NCBI GenBank assembly: GCA_036785375.1
Contig: JAWMAR010000213.1
Span: 868,001 to 932,000 of the forward strand
Direction of reading: 5' to 3'
DNA length: 64,000 nt
Source: Leucoraja ocellata
Taxonomy: Eukaryota
The translations under genes were made by a program, and so were the position numbers. The notes beneath the pieces were generated by a model. It was not told where the DNA came from. It saw only the letters and a list, made by a program, of their open reading frames with translations, and did not search any database. This document shows, in pieces, positions 13,298 through 25,513 of this stretch (position 1 is its first letter; every line of letters starts with the position of its first letter).

Positions 13298-14260
13298 ATC
13301 AGCACCATTGTGTCTATTTTAAAGCACACTTTTTTTTGTCTCACTTGTAGCTGCACCGTCCACGGGTCTTTTCCAGCATCCACGGATCCCATGAAAAAGC
13401 TCTCTTCTTCCTCTGTAGTGACAGCATTGAGAGATTTTGCACTGTTTCTGCACACTGTGCCATAATGTCCCTTTTTGCCACAGATGTGACACACAGCATC
13501 TTTAGCAGGGCATTCCAATTTTCCATGCGAGGGCATTTTTCCACATCTATAGCAGGCCTTTGAACCTGGCTGTGGCTGTGTATTAAATTTATTTTTGCCT
13601 GGTGTTTGTGCTTGTGGCTGAGGCTTTGAGGGAAATTTGGGTTTTCTGTAGCTTTTATCATGCACAGCATCAACATTTGAGCACTTGCTAGCACCGCTAT
13701 TTTCTCCTCTTAAGTCAGACCGCTGTCGTCTAACTTCTTCAGACTGCCTTGTCTTTGTTATAGCAGTTTCAAGGGTTAGGTCTCTGTCTAGCTGTAGCTT
13801 TTCTGACAATGAGACGTTTCTCAGCCCGACCACTAACCTGTCGCAGATCAGCTCGTTCTGTAACTGTCCATAGTTGCAGTGTTCAGCTAATCCGTATAGA
13901 GCAGTGATGAAGGAATCCACTGTTTCTCCTGGCAGTTGCACACGCTGATTGAACTTGGCTCTTTCGTAGATTACATTCTTTTTAGGTACAAAAAATGCAT
14001 CAAAGCCTGCCTTGACATCCGTGTACACCCTCCTCTCATCTGCAGTTAGCGTTAGCCCCTTTAGCACATCATCTGCTTCATCGCCCATGCAATACACTAA
14101 CGTGTTCACCTGGTTTTCTGCCGACGTCGCGTTTAAATTGCTTGCAAGCCGAAAGCGGTCGAATCTCCTGATCCAACTCTCCCATTCTTGAGGCTTGGTA
14201 AAATCGAATGGCTCTGGAGGTTGTATTGTGAACATAGCAGTTGGTGTAGGTTGCGCCATA
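13294..14260 (-). pseudogene. Gypsy gag and protease N-terminus
   Basis: PPEPFDF..WESWIRRFDRF capsid-like region, two zinc knuckles (CYRCGKMPSHGKLEC, CHICGKKGHYGTVC), then FKIDT; 2 extra nt (about 13307-13308) break the DTGADV protease motif. Confidence 0.9.
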
Positions 14261-14782
14261 TCTGCCAGCTCGTCTCCTATTTCCCGCCAAAACGATACAC
14301 CATCCTCTTCTTCTTTATTTATTTTCTTGCTTACAAGTCTCCCAGATCTGACACCATGTCGGGTTATGCTTGTAATAAGGCTCGTACGACGACGTAAACA
14401 GAGTATACCTTTATTTAGCCTCTCTGTAATGTCAGCAGCAATAGCAACAGCCTCCTTGTGTCCAAGCCCAGGCAACTCCCTAACTGCCCACACCCTGGGT
14501 TCCAGTCACATCCGGTTACTGGAGCCTGGCTTCTGGCACACAGGGTCCTAGTGCCCCTCTGCTCAGTCTTACACTATTATTGCATAATACCACAATAGCC
14601 ACATGCAGTTTTCTCAAGTTATTTTCCAATGTGCCATTCTGAATGAGATAGAATGTCATAAGTAACCATTTAGCAGAAGAAGAAATGGTACAAAAACAGA
14701 ATATTTATTTTCCTTGAAAGTCACAGCTACTTTGAATATAGGGTCACTTGGTGGACCGTATAACTCGTAATGGAGTTTGCCA

Positions 14783-14990
14783 AAACACAAAGTAATGGAG
14801 GAATTTAATGGATCAGGCAGCATCAGGGGAAAGATGGGACAGGTGACGTTTCAGGTTGGGGCCCTTCGTCAGATTTATCCCGACCCAAAGCTTTGCCAGT
14901 TAGTTCCCTCCCCAGATGCCTGACCTACCGAGTTCCTCCAGCACTTTGTATTTTGCTCTAGGTTCTAGCATCTGCTATTTCTTGTATCCC
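14783..14990. mobile_element. Penelope-derived inverted pLTR pair (diverged)
   Basis: acacaaagtaatggagg..ggcagcatc..ggtgacgtttc followed by the opposite-orientation copy ending tctagcatctgc. Confidence 0.65.
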
Positions 14991-15274
14991 AGGATTGAAA
15001 TGATTACTGTTAATTAGCAAGAGGCTCAATCTGTACAATATTGCACCTAATAATTTATATACCATGTTTTGAAATATGCTTCTGCTAGGAACCTTTGTGT
15101 AATTTGTAATATTAAAACAAGTAACCAGATCAAATTAACTTACAAAATTGTACATCTAAAGCCACATTAAAAAAAATCTGTTCTTCTAATTCTCTTATAC
15201 CTAGTTTGAAATGTGCTATACTTGCATCAGATAGTTGCTTAGGAATTTACCTGGAGCTGCAAGAATACACTTAT

Positions 15275-15870
15275 GCGCAGTGGTAGAATTGCAGCCTTAC
15301 AGCGACAGAGATCCGGGTTCGATCCCGACAATGGGTGCTTGTACGTCCTCTCCGTAACCTGTGTGGGTTTTCTCTGAGATCTTCCTCCCACACTCCAAAG
15401 ACTTATGGCCCTGTCCCATGGTATGAGTTCATTCCAAGAGCTCTCCCGAGTTTGCCCTGATTCGAACTTGGAGTTTTACGGTAATGGCAGCTCGTCGGTT
15501 GAAAAATCTTCACGAGTCTTCCCGATCTTACCTGCCGTTAGCGAGTCTTCCCGAGTACCTGCCGTTAGCGTTACGAGCCGCTAAGAGACGCCCCCGAGCT
15601 CCGACGTACCCGCGACATTCAGTCTCCATGAGTCTCCGCTACGTTCAGTATCACGAGTCTGATTTTTTTTAAACTCGGGAGAGCTCTTGGAATGAACTCG
15701 TAAAGTGGGACAGGGCCATTAGAGGTTTGTAGGTTGATTGGCTTGATTTAAATGTAAATTGTCCCTAGTGTGCGTGAGCTAGTGTTAATGTGCGGGGATC
15801 TCTGGTCAGTGCAGACTCGGTGGGCCGAAGGGCCTGTTTCTGCGCTGTATCTCTAACCTAAACTAAAAGT
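15275..15870 (+). mobile_element. HE1-like SINE interrupted by a MITE
   Basis: SINE head gcgcagtggtagaattgcagccttacagc..gggttcgatcc; body resumes after 15721 and ends in a ctaaactaaa tail. Confidence 0.9.
15406..15718. mobile_element. PIF/Harbinger-type MITE
   Basis: 48-bp TIR (tggccctgtccca..ctcccgagttt, 4 mismatches), TTA TSD at 15403-15405 and 15719-15721, no coding capacity. Confidence 0.9.
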
Positions 15871-16194
15871 AAACTTTCATGGAAGTAGTCAAAATTATTT
15901 ATTGATAAACAGCACACAAAATGTTTTAAAAATCCAAAGAATAAGGCAGCATCTCTGTAGAAAAAAAAGGATGAGTGTTCCAGGTCTGACAGAATATTGT
16001 AGAGGGTTGTCAGATAATTGATAGGCACAGATTGTTGAGAGAGAGAGAGAGAGTTTATTTATCATATGCACCAGGTATGAAATGGAACAATGAAATATTT
16101 ACTTGCTGCTGCTTTACAAACATGTTAGCCCATTTTAAGAAGAAAAGCAGAGAATAGCACATATTGACAGTGATGAAAACAACACATCATGAAG

Positions 16195-16540
16195 TATAGA
16201 AACCAAGAACTGCAGATTCTGGTTTACAAAAAAAGGCACTAAGTGCGGGAGTAACAGTGGGTCGGCACATTTCAGACTGATGGTTGGGGGGGGGGGGGGG
16301 GGGGGGGGGGGATCCTTGGAAGAGAGGAAGGGCGGGATAAAGTTTAGCAGGTAATAGTTTGATACAAGTGAGGTGGGTTTTGTTGTTAGGCAGATGGTTA
16401 GTCAAAGGCCAGAGATGAAAAGACTGAAGGTGTGAGACAAAAGGATTGAGAAATTGTGAAGCTAGAGTAAGGAATGCAGGGGAAGGGGAGAGATGAATGC
16501 AAGTCCAGGTGGGGCAACGAAGAGAGGGGGTGGGGGAGGT
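16195..16540 (-). mobile_element. Penelope-like element 3' region
   Basis: gaactgcagattctggtttac..gggagtaac..ttcagactga followed by purine-rich 3' UTR sequence with a poly-G run; similar to 29385-30100 and 42010-42310. Confidence 0.65.
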
Positions 16541-16963
16541 CATTTATGTTGCTTCCTCTCATTCTTTCTTTCAAAATGTAATACTTCACATTTCTCACCA
16601 TTTAACCTAATCTGCCATCTATCCGCCCACTCCATCAGCTTGCCTATACCTCCTTGAAGTTTATCACTATCTTCATTGTTCACTCTTTCCAAGGTTTGTG
16701 TCATCTGCATGTTTAATAATTGTGCCTGATGCAATCGTCCAAATCATTATTAATGTACTAACAAAGGGAAAAAAAAGGCCAATGAGCATTTTGCCTGGTG
16801 GTTTTTTAATTCCAATTTACCTCTGCCAGATCTGTTCTTATTCCATCAAAATTGGCCTGTGGTGGCCCGGGAGTATCTTAGTTTCCATTGCTGTTCTAAA
16901 CCGTATGAAATTATGGCTCTTTTTTCCGTATATACCCACAATTGTTGCACCAACTGCGTGGTC

Positions 16964-17280
16964 ATGGTGGCACAGTGGTAGAGTTGCTGCCTTACAGCGA
17001 TTGCACTGCCGGAAACCCGGGTTTGATGCCGACTATGGGTGCTGTCTGTACGGAGTTTGTACGTTCTCCCTGTGACCTGCGTGGGTTTTCTCCGAGATCT
17101 TCAGTTTCCTTCCACATTCCAAAGACGTACATGTCTGTAGATTAATTGGCTTGGTAAATGTAAAAATTGTCCCTAGTGGGTAAAGGATAATGTTAATGTG
17201 CGGGGATCACTGGTCGGCGCAGACCTGGTGGGTCGAAGGGACTATTTCTGCACTGTATCACTATACTAAATTATACTAAC
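16964..17280 (+). mobile_element. HE1-like SINE
   Basis: Near full length: tRNA-like head, core and CR1-type tail. Confidence 0.9.
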
Positions 17281-17704
17281 AATGCTGATAAAGAAGATTC
17301 TTCTGAGAACCGTTCAGAATCCTCGCCTCCACTTTGCCAAATATGCCATGTACATTTTTCTGTATGTACACAGAACACTGGCCCTTCAGTCCATCTTGCA
17401 TTGATGCTTCACTCAAGTCTCCTTTAATCCTTCCTTAGCCAAATCTACCAGTGTAACCTTCTAACGTAGACAAAAATGCTGGAGAAACTCAGCGGGTGAG
17501 GCAGCATCTATGGAGCAAAGGAATAGGTGCATTATTTGCCTCCATTACTTCACAACTTATTGAGTAATAAACCCACAGATACATTATTTACTTTCTTGAT
17601 GACCGCAGTAGCATGAAGATTTTTAGTTTTGGTTTTCCCTACATATATAAGAAACTCACCAGGCTCCTCAACCAAAATCTTTCATAATTTTCAAGACCTT
17701 ATTG

Positions 17705-17990
17705 AGAAGTAACCCCAACATTCCCTCTCTCTATCCCTCCCCCACCGTCGCACCAGCCTGTCGTTTTCACCCAACAAACAGTTAACAATGACCTGTTTCC
17801 TTTATAATCATTACTTTTTTGTATATCTTTCACTCATTGTTCTTTATCTCTCTAAGTCATCGTCTATATCTCTCGTTTCCCTTTCCCCTGACAAGTCTGA
17901 AGAAGGGTCTCGATCCGAAACGTCACCCATTCCTTCTCTCCAGAGATGCTGCCTGTCCTGCTGAGTTACTCCAGCTTTTTGTGTCCATCT
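17705..17990 (+). mobile_element. Penelope 3' UTR/pLTR with hammerhead core motif
   Basis: CTGAAGA-A-GGGTC-TC-GATCC-GAAA-CGTC at 17897-17924, then gagatgctgcctgtcctgctgagttactccagc. Confidence 0.8.
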
Positions 17991-20164
17991 TAATTAGATC
18001 ATACTTGGTCTTCTATTTTCAAGAGACCTTGCTTGTTGTTTGTTTCCCTATTTCGTCATTCTCGCCTACTTTAGTCAATTTTGGTATCATCTATATATTT
18101 TCCGCCCCCTCTCCAGTAAGATGATATACTCTTATTGTATGGCAACCAGAACTGCATCGAACTAACCGAGCCGCATTGTTCTACTGTTCAATTCTATCCC
18201 TTAAATTCAATTTGATGTCCTATCACTGTGGTAAGCCAAGTTGTTGCTATAAGTTGCTAACAAGTTTGGGACCAACATCAATTCTTGATGGATCCCATTT
18301 CCAATCATCTGCCAATCTGAACAGGTACACTTTACACTTGCCTTCCGGATAATCAGCTCTGCACACTCTCACATTGATTAGTTTAGAAGTTTTAGAAATC
18401 CAGATACATGATGCAGGGTGCACCCCTGGCTATTTAGTTCTCACTTCCAAAACATCAGTTAGTTTGGTCAAGCAAGCTCTGTCTTGAAATCCATGTGTCT
18501 TGAAATGCATTTCGTTGTCTCTGTACTGTACACTGACAATGCCAATTAAAATTGAATCTGAATCTGATGTGGCCGATTCATTATTTGTATATTTGGCTTC
18601 TAGGTTTGTTTTTCATCTAATTCCTTCCCCTTTTCTCCTACCTCAAGTTACAAGTTTATTTGTCTAAAGTTCTCTGATTGATGTCCCTATTTCCTTAAGT
18701 ATATTAACTATCTGTCAATCCTCAAAGAAAGGCAAACAAATCTAAAGTCTTAAAGATGTATGATGGTGATTTAGTGGTGGATCACTTGCTTTAAGGCTGA
18801 GCAACAGAGCAGCAAAATGGAGAAGAGAATGGACATAAATTCATTTTTGTAGCAATTATTGTAGGTGCAAGAATGCTCCCCCTGATATTCAATTATTTTC
18901 TATGCTGTTCTTGGCCAGCCATCCTGGGAGGCTCACCAGTTTTGTTGCCTCTGAGTTTCAGTGATCTGGGTTCAATCCTCGCCTCTGGTGTTGTGTTTGT
19001 GGAGTTTGCATGTTCTCCCCATGACCGTATGGGTTTCATACCTCAAAGATGTGTGAGTTGGTAAGTTAATTGGCCCCAAGGTAAATTACTCCTCGAGTGT
19101 AAGTGAGTTTTAGAATTTGAGGGCAGACTGTAGGTCAATGTGGGGAATAAATGTAATTAGTGATGATGGATGCGTGATGTGAATTCAGTCTTGTTCCCTG
19201 CTCTCTCGCCTTATGTCTCAACTTTTGCCAAACTCTTCTTTAAATCTATTGTCTTTGCAAATGCCATGGTGTCAATGCTCCCTGCATTTCCCTCTGAGAA
19301 GCATATCAATCTGGCTCTTTATTAGCATATTCCAGGCATTTCTAACCCCTCTATCAGGATCAGGATTTTTAAATTCCTATGTTTTTTGTGTCACTTCCTC
19401 TGCTCAAATCATCCTTCCTTATATATATTTGCCAGCTCCAAAGTGAGGTGGGCAATCCTGCCAGAGACCTCCAAGGTATTTTGGCACTCGTTATCTTGCC
19501 TTAAGTAAACATGAATAATATAGCACTAATCATGTTGTGCTGTGTGCCTTATCAGCTTATTCCATACAGCCATGCTTACTGTAATGCACTACAATGTCTT
19601 CTCTGAACTGCAGATGCATATTAATTCAAATGCCCATGGTTTCATTGGAAACCAGGAATTCCTCATGGAGCTGTTAGAAAAAATAAATCACACATCAACC
19701 CAAAAATCCTTTTGAACCATGGGTAATGGCAGATCAGTGGAAGAATGTCCTGAGATTCATTTTATATTTTCGTACATGAATGGATTCTGATGCAACACCT
19801 GATGAGAGTCGTGGTATATGTACCATAGTGATATATCTTTGCACCAATTTTTATTCCAATGTTTTATCATCAGGTTTTTGAACATACCTGCACAACTGTT
19901 ATCCTATCTTTGCCAATGGAACACTTCAGACTATCCCTTGCACGACCGTGGAGTTGATTTTAATTGTATGTTGCGCTGACATTTATTTTTTTGCAGTCTT
20001 TTTCTTTTCACTGTCTTGTAGAATATGCAAGCAATTTACGTGTGTTGTCCGAGTCTGTGCATGTGATGCTGCTGCAAGGAAGACTTTCATTGTACCTGTA
20101 CCTTACCATACTTGTGCATGTGACAGACTGGATTAGTGACCCTCTTAGTGCTTGTTCTTCACTT

Positions 20165-21218
20165 TTCTGGACTACTCTTCTTCCCACCCTGCTTCCTGTA
20201 GGGATTCCATCCACTACTCCCAATTCCTCCGTCTACGCCCCATCTGCTCCCAGGATGAGGTGTTCCACACCAGGGCATCGGAAATGTCCTCATTCTTCAG
20301 GGAACGGGGGTTCCCCTCCCCCACTATAGATGAGGCTCGCACCAGGGTCTCTTCCATACCCCGTAACACTGCTCTCTCTCTCCCCATCCCCCCAACTCTT
20401 ACCGAGGGCAGAGTCCCCCTGGTCCTCACCTTTCACCCCACTAGCTGTCACATGCAACAAATAGTCCTCCGTCAGTTTCGCCACCTCCAACGTGACCCTA
20501 CCACTCACCACATCTTCCCATCTCCCCCCTGTCTGCCTTCCGCAAAGACCGCTCCCGCCATAACCCTTGTCAATTCTTCCCTTCCTTCCCGCACCACCCC
20601 TTCCCCGGGCACTTTCCCTTCCAACCGCAAGAGATGCTAAACTTGTCACTTTACCCCCCCCTCGACTTCATTCAAGGACCCAAGTAGTCGTTCCAGGTGC
20701 GACAGAGGTTCACCTGCATCTCCTCCAACCTCATCTATTGCATCCGCTGCTCTAGATGTCAGCTGATCTACATCGGTGAGACCAATTGTAGGCTTGGCGA
20801 TCGTTTCGCCGAACACCTCCGCTCGGTCCGCATTAACCAACCTGACCTCCCGGTGTCTCAGCACTTCAAGTCCCCCTCCCATTCCGTATCCGACCTCTCT
20901 GTCCTGGGCCTCCTCCATGGCCAGAGCGAGCACCACTGGAAATTGGAGGAGCAGCACCGCATATTCCGCTTGGGGAGTCTGCATCCTGGTGGCATGAACA
21001 TTGAATTCTCACAATTCTGTTAGCCGTTGCTGTCTCCTCCCCTTCCTAGCTCTCCCTCAGCCCTCGGGCTCCTCCTCGTCCTTTTTCCTTTCTTCTCCCC
21101 GCCTCCCCCCACCTCCCATCAGTCTGAAGAAGGGTTTTGGCCCGAAACGTTGCCTATTTCCTTCGCTCCATAGATGTTGCTGCACTCGCTGAGTTTCTCC
21201 AGCATTTTTGTGTACCTT
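20165..21218 (+). mobile_element. Penelope-like element, 5'-truncated (RT thumb/linker, GIY-YIG endonuclease, pLTR)
   Basis: LDYSSSHP..SQFLRLR..RGFP, then NLIYCIRCSRCQLIYIGET..RFAEH..EEQH.IFRLGSLHPGGMN (GIY-YIG); stops and frameshifts present; pLTR with CTGAAGA..GAAACGTT at 21124-21151. Confidence 0.92.
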
Positions 21219-21644
21219 CTGGTTATATTAGCTGGCTGCTTGTTAGTAGCTAAGAAGCCAGCGTTTTGTTCAAATGAATGGTTGAGGCAAGGAACCCTTC
21301 AGAGACATGACATGTTGCCAAGTCAGCTTATCAATAGTTACACAGGGTTCCAGGCTTCAAGCAACATTGGCCAATTTGGCTGCAAGCAGATAATGCCGTT
21401 CAATACAATGCAAAGCAGCACTGGAAACAGTAATATCTCCTGAGGTGAGTTTACTTGAGTAAAGCACAGGCTAGATTTTGTACACTTTTATAGGAATAGA
21501 AACTGGCTTGATGGATTGATTGTCCTCAAACTCCTCTGCCTTCGTTTATTTTAGATATCAGGCAGCTATGCAATGTGTTTGGATTAAATCCACTTAGTTG
21601 TGTATATTTACAGAAATACAAACGCCTTGTAACCTGGAGAAAAT

Positions 21645-21840
21645 CCAGGTCTGTTCCCATAGCCGACTTCTGAGGCCGACTTTGCGGGCCGATATCTCAA
21701 CTCCTCGGTTGCTTAGGCAGACCGGTCAGGTGCCGTTTGGACTCATCTCACATGCCGTGACCTCTGTTGGTCAGGCAAGACAGATAATCCAGAAAAGCTC
21801 TGGAACCAAGGATGCCGGAAAATTGGTGGTGGACCTGTAC
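21645..21840. mobile_element. Possible degraded Tc1/mariner-type MITE
   Basis: caggtc at the left end and gacctg+TA at the right end; GC-richer than its flanks; TIRs poorly preserved. Confidence 0.3.
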
Positions 21841-22609
21841 TTTAAAGTGAATGTATTTTAATTTTTATGGAATGTCAAATGTTTCAGCCTATTTATTTTG
21901 CTTTTGGTGAAATTGATAGTGACATTGACTGTGAATGATTTCCATTTCAGCAGACACAGAGCACGATCGATTTAAGTTGAATTTTCAATTTCTTTCCATT
22001 GCTGAAATTCCAAAATTCATGTTAATTTAAATGCTTCTTTCAATGTCTTCATTCTCATAATATTTTAGGTTAGCTTATATTACATAGCAATATGATTACA
22101 CAGCGAGAAAATATTCCCTAAGCAAATCCTCAAAATACTGGTAATCAGTTTAAAATATTTAGCTTTGTGTAACACAGTAGGTCTCCCATCCATCACTGTT
22201 TTTGCTTTTGGTGTTACTGAACTGATAGTGGGTACAATTTGGTAAATTCTCAGATGTATTCATGTACTATGGTCGCCTGTCTACCTAACTAATGTTAGCC
22301 TTTTAAAAATATTCTTGGATCAACAGAGTTGTCACAAATCCTAATTAATAGACTTCCATTGTCCAATCAGTATCATTTTCCAGAGTTGCTTTGTGTCATA
22401 AACACAAAGGGTAGAATCTTTATTCAGGGTGGTTGATAGAGGACAGTCTGTCGCTGTTGTCTGAATCCATTGTCCTAGTTACTAATGCCAATATGTGTCA
22501 TTTTTTAATTTTTTTTTGCTTATCAGAAACATAGTTGCATCTCCTGGCAACCACATATATAAATACTTCATTCTGAAGAAATTGTCTTGATACCTGATCT
22601 ATTTTCCCC

Positions 22610-22850
22610 TCTAAACTCCATTCTCCTGCCTTCCCCTTGTAACTTATGATGGCCTTACTCATCAAAACCTACCAATCTCTGCTTTACAAATGTCTAATTA
22701 CTTGTCCTCCACAAGTAATTTATTTGTGGCAATGAATTCCACAGATTCACCACAGTCTGGCTAAAGAAATTCCTCCTCATCTCCATTCTAAAGAACGTCC
22801 GTTTATTCTGAAGCTACCCCCCTGGTCCTAGACTCTCCCTCCCAAAACCT
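22610..22850 (-). mobile_element. CR1 3' fragment
   Basis: tgtggcaatgaattccacagattcaccac..cccctggtcctagactctcc, the reverse of the RVVNLWNSLP region. Confidence 0.75.
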
Positions 22851-22879
22851 CTCACATTGGCTGCAAATACAATTGAATA

Positions 22880-23090
22880 GCATAGTGGTGCAACTATTGG
22901 AGCTGCTGCCTTGCAGTGCCACAGACCTTGGTTCAATCTTGCCTTGGATGCTGTCTTTGTGGAGTTTGCATATTTGCGTGGACTTCCTCTGGGTGCTCCA
23001 GATTCCTCCAACATTCCAAAGATGCGCAGGTTGGTAGGTTAGTCGACCATAGTAAATTGTCCCTTGTGTGTGGGTGAGCAATGGAATCTG
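22880..23090 (+). mobile_element. HE1-like SINE (older)
   Basis: gagctgctgccttgcagtgccacagaccttggttcaatc..gattcctccaacattccaaagatg. Confidence 0.75.
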
Positions 23091-25227
23091 GAAGTAGTTG
23101 ATAAGAATGGGATGGAGGAGAGTAAAGAATGGATTAACGTAGGGTCGGTGTAAATGAGGAAATTGTTATCTGAAAGGTCCTAACCCAAAACGTCGCCTAT
23201 CCACGTCCTCCAGTGATGCCGCTTGACATGGAATTACTCAAGCATTTTGTGTGTTGTGACTGTAAATGAGTGGATTTTGGTCGGCGTCAACGCTGAGGAC
23301 CTGAGACCCATTCCTTTTCTCCAGAGATGCTGCCTGTCCTACTGAGTTACTGCAGCATTTGTGTCAATCTTCGGCGTAAACCAGCATCTGCAGTTCATTC
23401 CTACACTCTGAGGGCACCTACGGATGTTGAACCGGATGGCATCACCCTGCTGCAGACTTCTGCTGCCTCAAACACAAGAAGAAGGACCGAAGAGCCTCTT
23501 TCCATGCTGTATCTCTGTGACTCCAACTGATCCCCAGTAAATTGTAACGATAACATTTGAGATTGACTGGCTGGAAGGTCTAGGACAATGGTGTTACAGT
23601 TCCACAAAGCAGTATCTTGGGCCCAAATATCTTTAGTTGATTCATCATTTACTGTCCTTGCAACAAATAGTCCAATGGGTGGATGATTGATGACAATTGC
23701 ATAACCTTCAGATCCATTTTCAACTTTTCAGCAAATGAAGCAGTCCATGCCATAATGCAACAAGACCAAGAAAACATGAGGGCATAGTTGGGAAGTGACA
23801 AGCAACACTTTTGCCAGCACATGCGAGGCAGAGGTCAATTAGAGAGATTTGTGCTTACCCTTATTATGCAGAAGTGTTATCATTACCATATCCTCCCAAC
23901 ACAACATCCTCCATTATTTATATTTACTCCAACCACCATATTTATTCCATCCACATATTTACTTGCTCCATCAAAGGTGCCCCTTAACTGTAGTAGACAC
24001 TTTATACAATGTACTGTAATTTTATACAGTGAACTGCAGTACAGAGAGTACACGCTGCACATAATCTCTCCCATCAATATGGCCAAGGGCGTTGGATACA
24101 TGTGGATGCTGCTGCTTGCAGACTTTCCTCTTGAGTTGCAAACCATCCTGACTTGCCAACGTACAGCAATCACTTCATTGCTGCTGTGACAGGTCAGAAG
24201 CTGACATAAGGTGGGGAGGGTGAGGGGGACTACCTTGGCACTTTCAGTGGCGGAGTTAAAGCAGGAGTCACAAGGCTTTTGTTAATCTCCTGCATGAGTA
24301 GTTGGACACCAGCGCACATATCCGCGTTGCCCTTTCAAACTCCAAGTCACAATTTCCCCTCTGAACAGAATTTCAATGAACTGAAATACTGAAAGTAGAC
24401 ACAAAATGCTGTAGTAACTCAGTTGGTCAGGCAGCAACTCTGGAGATAAGGACTAGGTGACGTTTTGGGTCAAGACTCACTGAACATCACATCAGAAGTA
24501 CTGAAGCATTGATTCTGTTTCTCCTCCAAAGATGATGCTCAGACTACTGTTTCTTGTATTTTCTGTATTTTTTTCATATTTTGATAAAATCTAGTAATGT
24601 GGTAAACAATATCGACACAAAATAATACAAATTATGTGCAAAAGTTCTGAAACAAATGAAACTTCTTGATCATTTCTCTGTTGTTGCTTCTTAGTGACTT
24701 TTCATGACTTTTAAAATAATGTACTGCAAATCATGAGGTACAGTGGCTTTTAAAAGACATAAGTTGCACAATTGTCAACATTTGAAAAAGATTTCATCAC
24801 TAATTACATGCTGTATTGTGTGTGCAAATCTATATGTGCCTCCACTTATGACAATTAAAACTCTTTTATTCCTTTGCCTTACCATTTTGCTAATTATATA
24901 CTTTTAGTACGAAATCACTTGAAGAATACATTCTCAAGGGGAGAACTGACCAGTCAAAAAACATACTTTACTGTCCCTATTGTTGCTTCCGACAATATTA
25001 TAATTACAAACTAGTTTGGTGAATTTGTGATGAATTGAAGTATGTGCGAAAATCAACTTAAATTTGCATTGCCCCAAAACGTACATTGATATGACGTGGG
25101 AGCAACATTTAATAATATTAAATAAAACTATTTTAACGTCTTGCTATACACATAGACAACATTTTAGTGAACTATAGAAACTTGGAAGGTCAGCATTGGT
25201 TGCTCATTGTTCCAGGGCACAGATACT

Positions 25228-25464
25228 ACAAATAGACCCAAATGCTGGAGTAACACAGCGGGACAGGCAGCTTCTTTGGCGAAAAAGATTAGGTGATGTT
25301 TTGGGTCAAAATCTTTCTTCAGACTAAGAGCAAACCCAAAGAAGGGTTTCGACCCGAAACTTCACATATTCCTTTTCTTCAGAGATGTTACCTGACCCGC
25401 TGAGTCACTCCAGTATTTTGTGTCGTATCTTCAGTGGAAGCCAGCATCTGCAGTTCCTTCCTAT
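25228..25464. mobile_element. Penelope-derived inverted pLTR mini-element
   Basis: Two opposed pLTR halves; 9-bp TSD ACAGATACT at 25219-25227 and 25465-25473. Confidence 0.75.
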
Positions 25465-25513
25465 ACAGATACTGCTGACCTAATAGAAACAGAAGGGTTA
25501 GAATCGCTTCTTG

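Larger units (their letters stand above)
10947..14594 (-). mobile_element. Gypsy/Ty3 LTR retrotransposon with both LTRs, internally deleted
   Basis: 238-bp LTRs (TG..CA) at 10947-11184 and 14357-14594 with 6 mismatches counted by eye; 5-bp TSD ATAGC (10942-10946, 14595-14599); PBS TGGTGTCAGA on - strand next to the right LTR; polypurine tract AAGAAAGGGAGA on - strand next to the left LTR. Confidence 0.97.

Noticed and set aside
13294-14493. 399-aa ORF as an intact or domesticated gag gene
   Set aside because: The listed start lies inside the LTR, the element is young with near-identical LTRs, and the frame ends at a protease frameshift.
16285-16311. Poly-G runs here and at about 57903-57922 as functional G-quadruplexes
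   Set aside because: They are homopolymer expansions inside repeats, and their lengths are unreliable in assemblies.
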